A stretch of 34,477 nucleotides of DNA from Synechococcales cyanobacterium VAR_35_metabat_10 (GCA_031418695.1 JANOXZ010000553.1:1-34477); one strand, 5' to 3'; positions 1 through 10,003 are shown, numbered from the stretch's first letter. Numbers and translations: made by a program. Notes: a model not told the origin generated them from the letters alone.

Positions 1-1631
1 TCCATTTCTGGCATCATCAAATCGAGCAAAATCAGCATTGGCGGATTTTTTTCGATGATTTCGATCGCCTCGGTAGAGTTTTCGGCAGCCTGTATTGACC
101 AACCAGCCTGTACTAACAAATCACAAGTGATTTCCAATGCATCTGGATCATCTTCGATGACCAAAATTGGCCCTCGGGCAGATCTGGCAATATGTTTATC
201 AACTACTTTTAATAAACGGACTTTATCTACTGGTTTAGACAGATAATCAACGGCTCCTAATGTCTGAGCCAAATGACGGTCTTCGATAATACTGCTCATT
301 ACTACTGGAATATTGACCAAGAACGGATCATTTTTTAATGCTACCAGTGTTTCCCAGCCATCCATTTCTGGCATCATCACATCGAGGGTAATCATATCGG
401 GTACAATTTCTTTGGCCATTTGCAAACCCTGTTTGCCATTAACTGCCATTACCACATTGTATCCTTCACCAGTTAGGTAACGATGCAAGAATTTGCGATC
501 GTGATGATTGTCATCAATCACCAAGACAGTTTTAGTATGTAATGGATTAACTAAGATAGAGCTAAGAGTAGCGGTAGATTCATCGAATTCTTCAGCTTTA
601 GTAGTAACTTGACGAGCAATTTGAGGCAGTTTTAAGGTGAATGTTGAACCGACTCCATATTCACTTTCTACCATTACTTCTCCACCCATCATTTTAATGA
701 AATTCTGGGTGATTGCTAAACCTAAGCCAGTACCACCATATTTGCGAGTTGTGGAACTATCTGCCTGAGAAAAAGCCTGGAATAACTTTTTGCAATGTTC
801 TGGCTTCATGCCGATACCAGTATCTTGCACAATAAAGTGTAGAAATTTTTGAGATTCTCCTGTTTTCGCTTTAACTACCTGCTGATCAATGGTTAATTTA
901 ACTTCTCCATTGTGGGTAAATTTACTAGCATTGCTCAGCAGATTAAACAAACTTTGACGGACTTTGGTGAAGTCACTGCGCATTAGTCCGATGTTATCTG
1001 GACAGCTCACCACCATTTTGTTGTTGTTCTTTTCGCAAGTTTGCTGAAGAGTATCTACTACATCTTTCACCATCTTATTGACATCAAAAGACTCTAGATA
1101 CAAATCTACTTTGCCAGATTCAATTTTGGCGAGGTCGAGAACATCATTAATGAGACTTAGTAAATGTTTACCGGCATTGCGAATTTTTTTAATGTCATTG
1201 ATCAGAGACTCTTGGCCTTGGTCGGCGGCATCTTCTTCTAAAATTTCACTGTAACCAATGATGGCATTGAGAGGAGTGCGTAATTCGTGGCTCATATTGG
1301 CCAAGAATTCACTTTTGGTGCGATTTGCTTCTTCTGCTCTCTCTCTGGCTTCGTCGGCAATTTTAACGTTGTGAGCTAACAAGCTCTCCATTAGTTTCCG
1401 TTCTCGTACTTCATCAGCAAGCCGATCGTTGACTCTTTGGACATCATCAACTCGTTCTTGGACGGTTTCTTCGAGTACTTTATTTGTTTGCATTAAGCTA
1501 TGTTCAGCTTCCTGCAAGTTTTTGATTAGCTGTTCGCGCTTTAATTTTAGCGATTGCTCTTTTTTATAGGTGAAAAAGCCATAAAGTGCGGCAGCCGCCA
1601 CGATCGGAATGACGATAATGAGTTCGAGCAT
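1..1631 (-). CDS. Hybrid sensor histidine kinase with two C-terminal receiver domains (partial; C-terminus lies beyond the window start)
   Basis: Not in the ORF track because there is no stop in the window. My manual reverse-complement translation from the ATG at 1631 is uninterrupted to base 2. It reads MLELIIVIPIVAAAALYGFF (one TM helix), then coiled coil, then the H-box FLANMSHELRTPLNAI (His codon 1287-1289). The N/G boxes are NLLSNASKFT and DTGIGM, followed by RKYGGTGLGLAI. REC1 is VLVIDDN...LDVMMPEMDGW (Asp 381-383) and REC2 is ILVIEDD...LLDLMMPEMD (Asp 21-23). An in-frame GTG at 1670 is an alternative start. Confidence 0.9.
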   Translation of the reverse strand, partial: MLELIIVIPIVAAAALYGFFTYKKEQSLKLKREQLIKNLQEAEHSLMQTNKVLEETVQERVDDVQRVNDRLADEVRERKLMESLLAHNVKIADEARERAEEANRTKSEFLANMSHELRTPLNAIIGYSEILEEDAADQGQESLINDIKKIRNAGKHLLSLINDVLDLAKIESGKVDLYLESFDVNKMVKDVVDTLQQTCEKNNNKMVVSCPDNIGLMRSDFTKVRQSLFNLLSNASKFTHNGEVKLTIDQQVVKAKTGESQKFLHFIVQDTGIGMKPEHCKKLFQAFSQADSSTTRKYGGTGLGLAITQNFIKMMGGEVMVESEYGVGSTFTLKLPQIARQVTTKAEEFDESTATLSSILVNPLHTKTVLVIDDNHHDRKFLHRYLTGEGYNVVMAVNGKQGLQMAKEIVPDMITLDVMMPEMDGWETLVALKNDPFLVNIPVVMSSIIEDRHLAQTLGAVDYLSKPVDKVRLLKVVDKHIARSARGPILVIEDDPDALEITCDLLVQAGWSIQAAENSTEAIEIIEKNPPMLILLDLMMPEM

Positions 1632-1775
1632 GTTAGATAGCAGTAAATTCACGTAGAGAGATAATTTCACCCCGTGAGAGTATTGTGCCCAAATTTGGGC
1701 TGCTATCTAACAGCATAAACTCAGTGAAACTACCAGTCTCAGGATCATTTTAGTAGTGCTAGTCACTACATTATG

Positions 1776-2309
1776 CTAGCGAGAATTTTTTATTTCAGTC
1801 AAAAATTCTTGGGCAAAGGAACTGAGTTTATCAGACTTTTGGGTGGCCATTTTTTGCAGGCTTCTATTCACTTTGGAAATTTGACCATCGGGGAAAGACA
1901 AAGCGGTGATGCGGTAGAGGTTTTCACGGTCTTCGGATTTTTTCTTGAGACTCACTGCTTGTAAGAACTCGCTAGGGTTTTTGATTGCTACCTCAGCAAA
2001 AAAGGCTCCGTAGGTTTCGCCCAAGTAAGTATCACTGTCGATCGCCCCCGAAATTAAATCTGTTAACACGGCCTTATTGCCTTTTTGATAAAGCTTAACC
2101 ACGGCGTTAATTCGCACGATTTGTTTGCGAGTATCATCACAGTCTTTGGGTAGAGTCGCGGCGGGTACACTACAGCGCTTAAATTCGGCCAGTGCCCCAT
2201 TACCAGAAGTGCCAGGAGTCACTGCTGGATTTTTTTTCTCGGCCATTAGAGGAGATGTACATAACAAAGTGGTGGCCAACATCCCGCAACTAACTATTTT
2301 GAATTTCAT
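1776..2309 (-). CDS. Hypothetical secreted or lipoprotein-like protein (177 aa)
   Basis: Clean ORF with an N-terminal hydrophobic signal-like segment, MKFKIVSCGMLATTLLCTSPLMA. I recognise no family. Confidence 0.55.
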   Translation of the reverse strand: MKFKIVSCGMLATTLLCTSPLMAEKKNPAVTPGTSGNGALAEFKRCSVPAATLPKDCDDTRKQIVRINAVVKLYQKGNKAVLTDLISGAIDSDTYLGETYGAFFAEVAIKNPSEFLQAVSLKKKSEDRENLYRITALSFPDGQISKVNRSLQKMATQKSDKLSSFAQEFLTEIKNSR

Positions 2310-2399
2310 AACTGGATTCTAGAATTATTGGTGGACAGAAAATATTTCGTTCTTATTCTATCTCTACCATTGCCTAATCCCAAAGCCCCATCTAAAAGT

Positions 2400-2984
2400 T
2401 CAGTAAATTTCCATCCGCAAATGTACTAAGGTGGCCAAGGTATGTTTGATGTTGGCTTCTAGATTGGATTTGCGATCGATCAGTTGGCGCAATTGTTGAT
2501 GCCTAGCTAGAGCTTTACTGATGCCAAACATCTCTGGTTCTGGGCAATCGCGAGCGGCAACTTCGCCGCTTTCATCAAGGCTACAGAGTTGATAATCTAA
2601 GCTTTGTTGCTGAAGAATTTCGGCGATTGTTGCAGGTGAATCTGGGCTGAAATGAGGGTCATTGGCCTCAGCTTCTAACCAACCGGCGACGATCGGTCCA
2701 GATTCGCGCACCACCGCAATATTTTGCTCTAGTTCTGAAATTTCTTTTTGCCAACTATTTAACAAATACTGTAATTCTTGTAGCATATGCAGCACCAGTC
2801 CAGCATTGGGCTGATGGTATTGCCCTTTGAGCTTGGCCACGATCGCCCCGCCTTTTTCGCTAGATATGTTGGCTGTATTAGCAACTGGCATGGGGCTTTT
2901 GCTGGGTGGCGGTGGAATCTGGGGTGGTTGACTGGGGAAGTCGATAGCTTTGCTTGCACCGGAGGTGATCGAGTGGTTGTCCAT
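2400..2984 (-). CDS. Hypothetical protein (194 aa), Pro-rich N-terminus followed by a coiled-coil-like region
   Basis: Long ORF divergent from argC. I recognise no family motif. Confidence 0.55.
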   Translation of the reverse strand: MDNHSITSGASKAIDFPSQPPQIPPPPSKSPMPVANTANISSEKGGAIVAKLKGQYHQPNAGLVLHMLQELQYLLNSWQKEISELEQNIAVVRESGPIVAGWLEAEANDPHFSPDSPATIAEILQQQSLDYQLCSLDESGEVAARDCPEPEMFGISKALARHQQLRQLIDRKSNLEANIKHTLATLVHLRMEIY

Positions 2985-3097
2985 AACAGTTGGCGGTGGA
3001 TGCTTTGTAATTAAAGATTTTAATCGATGTAAATTGTTCTCACCGTGCTATAAATAGCAATCTGCATCATTTCCCGGCTACTAAGCCGCGTAAAACT

Positions 3098-4150
3098 ATG
3101 GGTGAGCGCATTTCGATCGGCATTATTGGGGCTTCAGGATACGGCGGTGTGCAGTTAATTCGGCTACTGCAAGATCATCCTGCGGTGGAAATCACCTATT
3201 TGGGTGGAAATAGTAGTGCCGGTAAGATGATTGGGGATATTTATCCCCATCTTAGGCACATCTGTAATTTACCGATCGAACCCATTGAACCCGCTGTCAT
3301 TGCCAGTCGGTGTCAGGTGGTGTTTTTGTCTTTGCCTAATGGCATTGCCTGTGACTTAGCTCCAAAGCTACTAGCTTTGGGCTGCAAAGTTTTAGATCTC
3401 TCGGCAGATTACCGCTTTGACAATCTTGACACCTATAGCCACTGGTATAAGATACCCCGTCAAGACAAAGAAATTGCCATGAGTGCGGTGTATGGACTAC
3501 CAGAAATCAATCGAACCCAGTTGAAAGATGCCCAGTTAGTGGGTTGTCCCGGCTGTTATCCTACCGCTAGTTTGTTGGCGATTTATCCATTACTGAAAAA
3601 TGGCCTGATTCAAGAAAATACCATTGTGATTGATGCCAAGTCTGGTACTTCTGGTGGTGGCAGGGAGGCCAAAACCCACTTGTTGTTAGCCGAAGCCGAT
3701 AACTCGATCTCGGCCTACAGTGTGGCTGGTCATCGCCATACTCCAGAGATTGAGCGAATCTGTGGGGAAGTAGCTGGCCACGACATTATGGTGCAGTTTA
3801 CGCCCCATTTGATGCCGATGGTGCGAGGGATTTTGGCTACGGTCTATGCCAATTTGCGTGACCCCAGACTGGTGGCGGAAGACTTGATCACCATTTATCA
3901 ATCGGCCTATCGAGCTGCGCCTTGGGTGCGAGTATTACCTAGCGGTACTTATCCCCAAACCAAGTGGGCTTTGGGCACCAATGCTTGCTATATCTCGATC
4001 GAAGTAGATTCACGCACCGGTCGGGTGATTGTGATGTCAGCGATCGATAATTTGCTCAAGGGACAAGCTGGCCAAGCGGTGCAGTGTTTGAATTTGATGA
4101 TGGGCTGGGAAGAGACTTTGGGGTTGCCAGCACTGGCTTTCTATCCTTAG
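3098..4150 (+). CDS. argC: N-acetyl-gamma-glutamyl-phosphate reductase
   Basis: N-terminal Rossmann motif [11 protein letters not shown], catalytic-Cys motif GCPGCYPT, the C-terminal [18 protein letters not shown] signature, and a typical 350-aa length. Confidence 0.95.
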   Translation: MGERISIGIIGASGYGGVQLIRLLQDHPAVEITYLGGNSSAGKMIGDIYPHLRHICNLPIEPIEPAVIASRCQVVFLSLPNGIACDLAPKLLALGCKVLDLSADYRFDNLDTYSHWYKIPRQDKEIAMSAVYGLPEINRTQLKDAQLVGCPGCYPTASLLAIYPLLKNGLIQENTIVIDAKSGTSGGGREAKTHLLLAEADNSISAYSVAGHRHTPEIERICGEVAGHDIMVQFTPHLMPMVRGILATVYANLRDPRLVAEDLITIYQSAYRAAPWVRVLPSGTYPQTKWALGTNACYISIEVDSRTGRVIVMSAIDNLLKGQAGQAVQCLNLMMGWEETLGLPALAFYP

Positions 4151-4286
4151 GGCGGGGTATTGCTTAACAGCAACGCTACACGAACGGCTCCGCTCACCCA
4201 CCCTAAATGTGCAGAATTGCTGCGTTGAGCAGATCAGAAATCATCGCGTAGCGTCTGCCTAAGCAGAACCCAACACCACTAGCAAC

Positions 4287-5132
4287 CTAATTCCTGGCCA
4301 ACAAAATTGGGCAGGGAGAATGCACCCGCACGTAATCAGAAATTGAGTTGCCCAATAGCCGATCGAGATCCGGTAGGGTCTTGGCGATCGAAGGGCGGCG
4401 ATCGGGTGATCCAAGAATTAATAGGTCAGCGTTGTATTCGTCAGCTAAGCGACAAATCTCTTTGCCAGGATTTCCGCCGCCTACAGCTAGTTTGTAAGGT
4501 ATTTGCATCCGTTTGGCAGCGGCGATCGCAGGCATTAGTTTTTCGTCTTTTTCGGGGCTAGAAAGAGCATCTAAGGCTTTTTGGTCGTTGAGGGTTCTGG
4601 CTAGAATAAGCTGACCGCTTTTGTTTTCGCGCAGGAGGGTCATGGCTGTTTCTAGGGCAGCTTTGGCGGGAGCCGAATCATCGTATGCCACCATGATGCG
4701 GTTGATTTGTTTGACGTACACGTCATCTTTGACCAACAGCATGGAGCAGGAGGCTAGTTGAAAAACATATTGGCTAACGGAGTTCGATAAAATCGATTCC
4801 AGCCGTGAGAGACCCCGTGAACCCATGATCAACAGGTCGGCTGCTTCATCGATCGCTACTTGGCAAACGGTGTCTTTGGGTTCGCCTTGAATTAATAGGG
4901 CTTTGACTTTATCGGGCGGAATTTTGAGGTTTTCGATCGCCTTTGCCAATATTTTGCCGCCTTCTTGGAGTTTTTCGGCCATTTGTTCGGCTGTCACTTG
5001 CGGGGGCACCACATGCAGCACGGTAATCATCGCTTGCTGCATGGCTGGAATTGCCAACAGCATTTTGAGCATCTGCTCGCATTGTCCTAAGCCTGCTACG
5101 GTCACTAAAATTTTTTCTACCATTTGCCCCAT
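4287..5132 (-). CDS. Universal stress protein, tandem Usp domains
   Basis: Two Usp-like halves, each ending in an ATP-binding-type motif: LLIMGSRGLSRLESILSNSVSQYV and LLILGSPDRRP...LGNSISDYVRVHSPCPILL. Confidence 0.85.
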   Translation of the reverse strand: MGQMVEKILVTVAGLGQCEQMLKMLLAIPAMQQAMITVLHVVPPQVTAEQMAEKLQEGGKILAKAIENLKIPPDKVKALLIQGEPKDTVCQVAIDEAADLLIMGSRGLSRLESILSNSVSQYVFQLASCSMLLVKDDVYVKQINRIMVAYDDSAPAKAALETAMTLLRENKSGQLILARTLNDQKALDALSSPEKDEKLMPAIAAAKRMQIPYKLAVGGGNPGKEICRLADEYNADLLILGSPDRRPSIAKTLPDLDRLLGNSISDYVRVHSPCPILLARN

Positions 5133-5218
5133 CCAAAAAGCTGTTCTTATGCCATAAGCATAATTGCTAAAGAGCTACCATTCAGCTAGCTGGAACAGGT
5201 TGTGTAACATTAATTAAT

Positions 5219-5662
5219 TTAGAGGGTTGGCCAGAGAGTCACGTCATTGTCTCCATAAAAAACGCCTAGATTGATGCACTTCAGTTCACCAAGGCAAAAC
5301 TGTAACTCCACCCAGTTTTCTTCAAAAAAGTAGCATTCCATGTGGCCATAATCTTCTAGAATGCACTCTTCACCCAGCATTTCGGTCATGTTGATCAGTA
5401 GTTCAGGCCGATCGAGCACCCAGGGGTTACACCAAGGAAAGTGGATGTTTTTGTTATGAACTTCGATCCAGCCCAGCCGCTGGTCGTTGTCGGACTCAAT
5501 TTTGAGGACGATTTGATGCTGGAAGTACTGTAAGTCGATGTCTTTACCGTCTTCGTCTTCTTCGATATAGATTTTGTCGGGCTTGCCCAAAACTTGATAT
5601 ATTTCTTGTTCGGTCATGCCAAAGAGAATTTTGCCTAGCCCTCGCCCAATCTCGATTTGCAC
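5219..5662 (-). CDS. Hypothetical protein (147 aa)
   Basis: Clean acidic cytoplasmic-looking ORF. I recognise no family. Confidence 0.5.
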   Translation of the reverse strand: MQIEIGRGLGKILFGMTEQEIYQVLGKPDKIYIEEDEDGKDIDLQYFQHQIVLKIESDNDQRLGWIEVHNKNIHFPWCNPWVLDRPELLINMTEMLGEECILEDYGHMECYFFEENWVELQFCLGELKCINLGVFYGDNDVTLWPTL

Positions 5663-5738
5663 AACAACCTCGGTTTGCCAATAAGAACAATATTACCAAA
5701 AATCAGGAGCATAAACCCCCGATTTTCTGCTGATCTTC

Positions 5739-6278
5739 TTACCAGTCAACGGAGAAGTTTTTGGGTTGGACAAAGTTGATGCTGTCGCCGACTTTTAGCC
5801 CCAATTTTTTGGCTTCTCCGGCGTTGAGTTCAATGACTCGATCGATCAACTCTCCATTGTCGGGGCCGTAGTTGGGGCAGGGGTCTGCCTTGCAAGGAGG
5901 CACGTTGGACTGGATGTTTTTGATTTTGCCTGCCCGCACAAACAGCATATCGAGGGGAATTAGGGTGTTTTTCATCCAAAAGCGGGCGGGCACTGGTGGG
6001 TTGAAGTTAAAGGCCATGCCGTGATTGCTAGGCATACTGGTGCGCATCATCAGGCCAATTTGCTGCTGTTGTTGGGTGTTGGCTTCTTCCAGCAAAATGG
6101 TGGTGCTATTGACAATTAGTTTGGCGGTGACTCGCAGTTTTTGGGGGATGGCGGGACTCACGATCGGGGGGGCGGTGGTCGCGGTTGGCTTAGTTTTGCT
6201 GGTTTCGGTCATTCCTTGGGAACTACAGCCAGTTAGTAAGAGGCTGACGGCTATGAGCGAAGGCAGGAAGTTAACCAT
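5739..6278 (-). CDS. DUF192 domain lipoprotein
   Basis: Signal peptide with lipobox (SLLLTGCSS). DUF192-type core: GLMMRTSMPSNHGMAFNF...RFWMKNTLIPLDMLFV. Confidence 0.8.
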   Translation of the reverse strand: MVNFLPSLIAVSLLLTGCSSQGMTETSKTKPTATTAPPIVSPAIPQKLRVTAKLIVNSTTILLEEANTQQQQQIGLMMRTSMPSNHGMAFNFNPPVPARFWMKNTLIPLDMLFVRAGKIKNIQSNVPPCKADPCPNYGPDNGELIDRVIELNAGEAKKLGLKVGDSINFVQPKNFSVDW

Positions 6279-6358
6279 CGTGAGAATTTAGCTAAATGAT
6301 TATTCCCATCATATCCTGAGATGCTTTGGCAATTTTTAAAAGGTAGAATCGCCCCGCT

Positions 6359-7153
6359 ATGATGTTGAAGAAGTTTTGCACAGTCGCCATGCAACCAGTC
6401 ATTCAGAAAGTCGAAGAACTCACCGTTCAGACCTACCCAGACCTCACCACCCTCATCGAACATACCATCGATCGATTACACCAATACCTCCAGCAAAAAA
6501 TCTCTCAGCAAGGCCAAGCCACCATTATTTTGGCTTCCGGTAGCTCCTATACTCAGTTTCTCAAAGCTTTTACTGCTAACCAGCAACTTGACTGGTCAAA
6601 AATCACCTGTTTCCACTTAGACGAATACCTGGGCATAGAAGCCAATCATCCCGCTAGTTTTCAGCGCTACATGCGAGACTTGGTAGCCGATCGAGTACCC
6701 CTAAAAAAATTCCACTTCCTAGATAGCGGCACCCTTCAACCGATCCAAGAATGCCGTCGCTATAGTGCCTTATTGGCCGCCCAGCCGATCGATCTGTGCT
6801 TACTAGGCATTGGAGACAACGGCCACATCGCCTTTAATGACCCATTGGTCGCCGACTTCACCGACCCAGAAGCAGTCAAAATCGTCAAACTAGCCGAGAA
6901 ATCTCGCCAGCAGCAAGTGGATGTGGGCTTTTTTCTCGATATTGCTCAAGTGCCCCAATATGCCATGACCATGACCATTCCTAGCATTTGTCGAGCAGAG
7001 CAGATTTATTGTTTGGCTACCGGTCAGCGCAAAGCCAATATTGTGAGCCAATTTTTAACGCAGCCGATCGCCCCCAGCTTGCCCGCTACTATCCTGCGTA
7101 GACAGTCCCAGGCTACACTTCTGTTAGACACAGCAGCGGCTAGTTTGCTTTAG
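6359..7153 (+). CDS. Glucosamine-6-phosphate deaminase / 6-phosphogluconolactonase family protein
   Basis: NagB/Pgl-family motifs LASGSS, FHLDEYLG and LLGIGDNGHIAFNDP. The true start could be a downstream ATG (6362 or 6389). Confidence 0.8.
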   Translation: MMLKKFCTVAMQPVIQKVEELTVQTYPDLTTLIEHTIDRLHQYLQQKISQQGQATIILASGSSYTQFLKAFTANQQLDWSKITCFHLDEYLGIEANHPASFQRYMRDLVADRVPLKKFHFLDSGTLQPIQECRRYSALLAAQPIDLCLLGIGDNGHIAFNDPLVADFTDPEAVKIVKLAEKSRQQQVDVGFFLDIAQVPQYAMTMTIPSICRAEQIYCLATGQRKANIVSQFLTQPIAPSLPATILRRQSQATLLLDTAAASLL

Positions 7154-7208
7154 TTTTAACTCAATCAATTTTTAACCCAATCAATTTTTAAACATAGGTT
7201 TTCTTGTC

Positions 7209-9431
7209 ATGATCGATTCTCTTACAGAGACGCTACGCGAACGACTTTCTCGCGCCGCTCGCTTTTGCTCAGTGCCATTATTAGCGGGCTTAGCCGTTAC
7301 TGGATTGGTTTTAGGAGTTAAACAACTGGGCTGGCTGCAACAGCGCGAATTAGATGCTTATGACCAGGCGACTCGCTTAATGTCTGCTGAACCGGTTGAC
7401 CCCCGCATTTTAGTGGTGTTAATTACCACCAAAGACATCAGCAAATATGGCGTGCCGGTTCCCGACCCAATTATTAATCAGGCATTGGAAAAGTTGATTG
7501 ATGGTAACGCCGCAGTAATTGGAGTGGATTTAATTAAAGATGTCACCAAAGATGAGCTGCTCAAAACCTTCAAAGCCGACAATCAAGTCATTGCCATTTG
7601 TAGCCACGGTGGTAAATCGGAGCAAACCATCAAAAGTCCTCCCGGCATGGATAGTGAAGACTTTTTAGGGAAGGTGGGATTTGCTGATTTACCTGTCGAT
7701 CCTGATGGAGTGGTGCGCAGGGCTTCGTTGTTAATTGGTGGTACCGATCCTACCTCTGGTTGTTTGGCGCAATACTCCTTAGCCGAAAATATGGCGAATC
7801 ATTATTTGGAGGATATCCATAAAAAGCAATCTGGTTTGGATGAAGCCTCGCGGCTGTACAAGAGTGGTGAACGAGCTATTCCTAACTTAGCAACTAATTT
7901 TGGGGGGTATCAACAAGCCGAAACCGCCGGGTATCCCATTATGCTGAAGTATCGTCGATCGGACAAAGCTTTTGAAACAGTGACTCTCAGCGATGTTTTG
8001 GATGGCAAGGTTAAAGATATCAAAGACCGCATTGTGCTGATGGGTGCAGATTACAAAATAGGTGGTGGTGACAAAGACAGCATTCGTACCCCTTTTAGCC
8101 CTAATGGAGCCGAAGATCAAAAAATGTTGGGGGTGAAAGTTCATGCTCAAGTCACCAGTCAACTGATCAGTGCAGTACTCGATAATCGTCCTTTGATCAG
8201 AGCTTGGTCAGAACCCACTGAGGGACTGTGGTTATTTGGTTGGTCGCTGGTGGGTGGGAGTTTGGCTTGGTTTGTGCGCCATCCCGGCAAATTGTTGGGT
8301 TCGTTGACTTTAGCGGGGACTGGGTCGATCGGGGCTTTTGGCTTACTGTTTGCTAACTCGGTGTGGATTCCGGTGCTTTCGCCCTTGTTGGGATTGGGTG
8401 GTGCTGCTTTGGCTGCTTATGGCTGGCGGAACTATGGAATCGATCGAGAGCAGCAAAAAATGCAGTCGCTGGCGCGGAATCAAGAACAGACGATCGAAGC
8501 TCTCAAACAGATTTTGAGTCAGCAACCAATCACTGGTATTCCCACCCAAAATCTACCCCAGCAGATGCCAACGACTACGGCTATTCCTGAGCAGAAATTG
8601 CTAGGCGATCGCTATCAAACCATTAATATTTTGGGTGCTGGGGGGTTTGCCACTACTTATTTGGCCGAAGATAACAAGAAACCCAGTAAGCCACGCTGTG
8701 CGATTAAGCACCTCGCTCCCGCCCGTCGTGATGCGGCTTTTGTAGATATGGCGCGGCGGTTGTTTAACACCGAAGCAGCTATTTTAGAGCGGCTAGGGAC
8801 TCATGAACAGATCCCTAATTTGCTGGCTTACTTTGAACAAAATGGTGAGTTCTATCTGGTGCAAGAGCTAATTGAAGGCAAATGTCTAGATCAAGAGCTA
8901 GATGACACCGCTGAGCCTTGGACTGAAAAAAAAGTGGTGGATTTATTGCAACAAATGCTACCGGTTTTGGAATATATCCACGAACGGGGAGTTATTCACC
9001 GAGATATTAAACCCAGCAATATTATTCGCCGCAGCAAAGACAATGTGTTTGTTTTAATCGATTTTGGAGCGGTAAAAGAAATTAATCCTCAACTGCCCGA
9101 TGCCAACACGATCGCCATTGGCACCCGAGGCTATACTCCTGCCGAGCAATATGCTGGTTTCCCGCGCTTTGCCAGTGATGTTTATGCTTTGGGGACGATC
9201 GCCATTGAAGCTGCCACTCATACTAACCCCCGCGAAATTCCCCAAAACGAAAAAACTGGTGGCTTAGACTGGGAAGATTTAGCACCAATTAGTCCAGAAT
9301 TGAAGGCAATCATTAATAAGATGGTGGCCTATCAATATCAGCAGCGCTATCAAAGGGCCGCTGATGTGTTGCCAGATTTACAAGCAATGTTACATGCTAA
9401 AACCACCGATTCACAACCTTTATCCAACTAA
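7209..9431 (+). CDS. CHASE2 sensor domain-containing Ser/Thr protein kinase
   Basis: N-terminal TM helix and a large extracytoplasmic CHASE2-like region, followed by three TM helices (WLFGWSLVGGSLAWF and onward). The Hanks-type kinase has GAGGFATTYLA, CAIKHL, HRDIKPSNII, DFGAVK and GTRGYTPAEQ. Confidence 0.9.
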   Translation: MIDSLTETLRERLSRAARFCSVPLLAGLAVTGLVLGVKQLGWLQQRELDAYDQATRLMSAEPVDPRILVVLITTKDISKYGVPVPDPIINQALEKLIDGNAAVIGVDLIKDVTKDELLKTFKADNQVIAICSHGGKSEQTIKSPPGMDSEDFLGKVGFADLPVDPDGVVRRASLLIGGTDPTSGCLAQYSLAENMANHYLEDIHKKQSGLDEASRLYKSGERAIPNLATNFGGYQQAETAGYPIMLKYRRSDKAFETVTLSDVLDGKVKDIKDRIVLMGADYKIGGGDKDSIRTPFSPNGAEDQKMLGVKVHAQVTSQLISAVLDNRPLIRAWSEPTEGLWLFGWSLVGGSLAWFVRHPGKLLGSLTLAGTGSIGAFGLLFANSVWIPVLSPLLGLGGAALAAYGWRNYGIDREQQKMQSLARNQEQTIEALKQILSQQPITGIPTQNLPQQMPTTTAIPEQKLLGDRYQTINILGAGGFATTYLAEDNKKPSKPRCAIKHLAPARRDAAFVDMARRLFNTEAAILERLGTHEQIPNLLAYFEQNGEFYLVQELIEGKCLDQELDDTAEPWTEKKVVDLLQQMLPVLEYIHERGVIHRDIKPSNIIRRSKDNVFVLIDFGAVKEINPQLPDANTIAIGTRGYTPAEQYAGFPRFASDVYALGTIAIEAATHTNPREIPQNEKTGGLDWEDLAPISPELKAIINKMVAYQYQQRYQRAADVLPDLQAMLHAKTTDSQPLSN

Positions 9432-9558
9432 CATTTATGAGATGTAATTCGGCTAAATGTCTGAGGATATGAAGAAAAAAGTCTTTAGCACTTCCCGATG
9501 GCGAAAAGCAGTGCTAGAATCTGTTATCAAATAATATTTCAGTAACAGGAAGATAATC

Positions 9559-9981
9559 ATGGCCGCAGCACAAAGTAGCCTTTTGGGCGATTTTAAAAAC
9601 TTTATAATGAAAGGCAACGTGCTGGATCTGGCCGTTGCTGTAATCTTGGGCGGAGCATTTGCCAAGATTGTAGAATCTTTCATCAAAGACATCATCACTC
9701 CCGCAGTTTTATCTCCAGTTTTGGAAGCTGCTAAGCTTAAAGACATTGCTGAATTGAGTTTCAATGGCATCAAATATGGATTATTTCTTTCGGCTTTGAT
9801 CAACTTCTTGTTGGTTGCATTAGTGATTTTCTTGATGGTTAGAAGCTTTGAAACTGCCAAGAAAAAAATGTCTCGTCAAGAAGCAATGGCTGCTGAAGCA
9901 CCTGCTGATCCAATCGCAGTTCAGCAACAACTAATCAGCTCGATCGATCGTTTGAACACTACAGTTTCCCAAAAAATCTAG
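9559..9981 (+). CDS. mscL: Large-conductance mechanosensitive channel
   Basis: N-terminal signature FKNFIMKGNVLDLAVAVILGGAF, two TM helices and a 140-aa length. Confidence 0.9.
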   Translation: MAAAQSSLLGDFKNFIMKGNVLDLAVAVILGGAFAKIVESFIKDIITPAVLSPVLEAAKLKDIAELSFNGIKYGLFLSALINFLLVALVIFLMVRSFETAKKKMSRQEAMAAEAPADPIAVQQQLISSIDRLNTTVSQKI

Positions 9982-10003
9982 TTTTAAAATGTTCGTATAA
10001 AAT

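Noticed and set aside
1-379. Exact 19-nt repeat TCCATTTCTGGCATCATCA at 1-19 and 361-379.
   Set aside because: Both copies encode the same conserved receiver-domain motif (MMPEMD) in the two REC domains of one kinase. This is paralogous domain conservation, not a mobile or regulatory repeat.
4151-4286. Convergent argC/usp intergenic region with several 4-bp GC-clamped mini-hairpins (TTGC..GCAA, CTGC..GCAG twice) and the partially complementary pair ACGCTACACG / CGCGTAGCGT.
   Set aside because: The stems are very short or imperfect and no T-runs follow. A similar word (ACGCTACGCGAACG) also occurs inside a coding region at about 7231. I cannot distinguish this from chance or from a decayed dispersed repeat.
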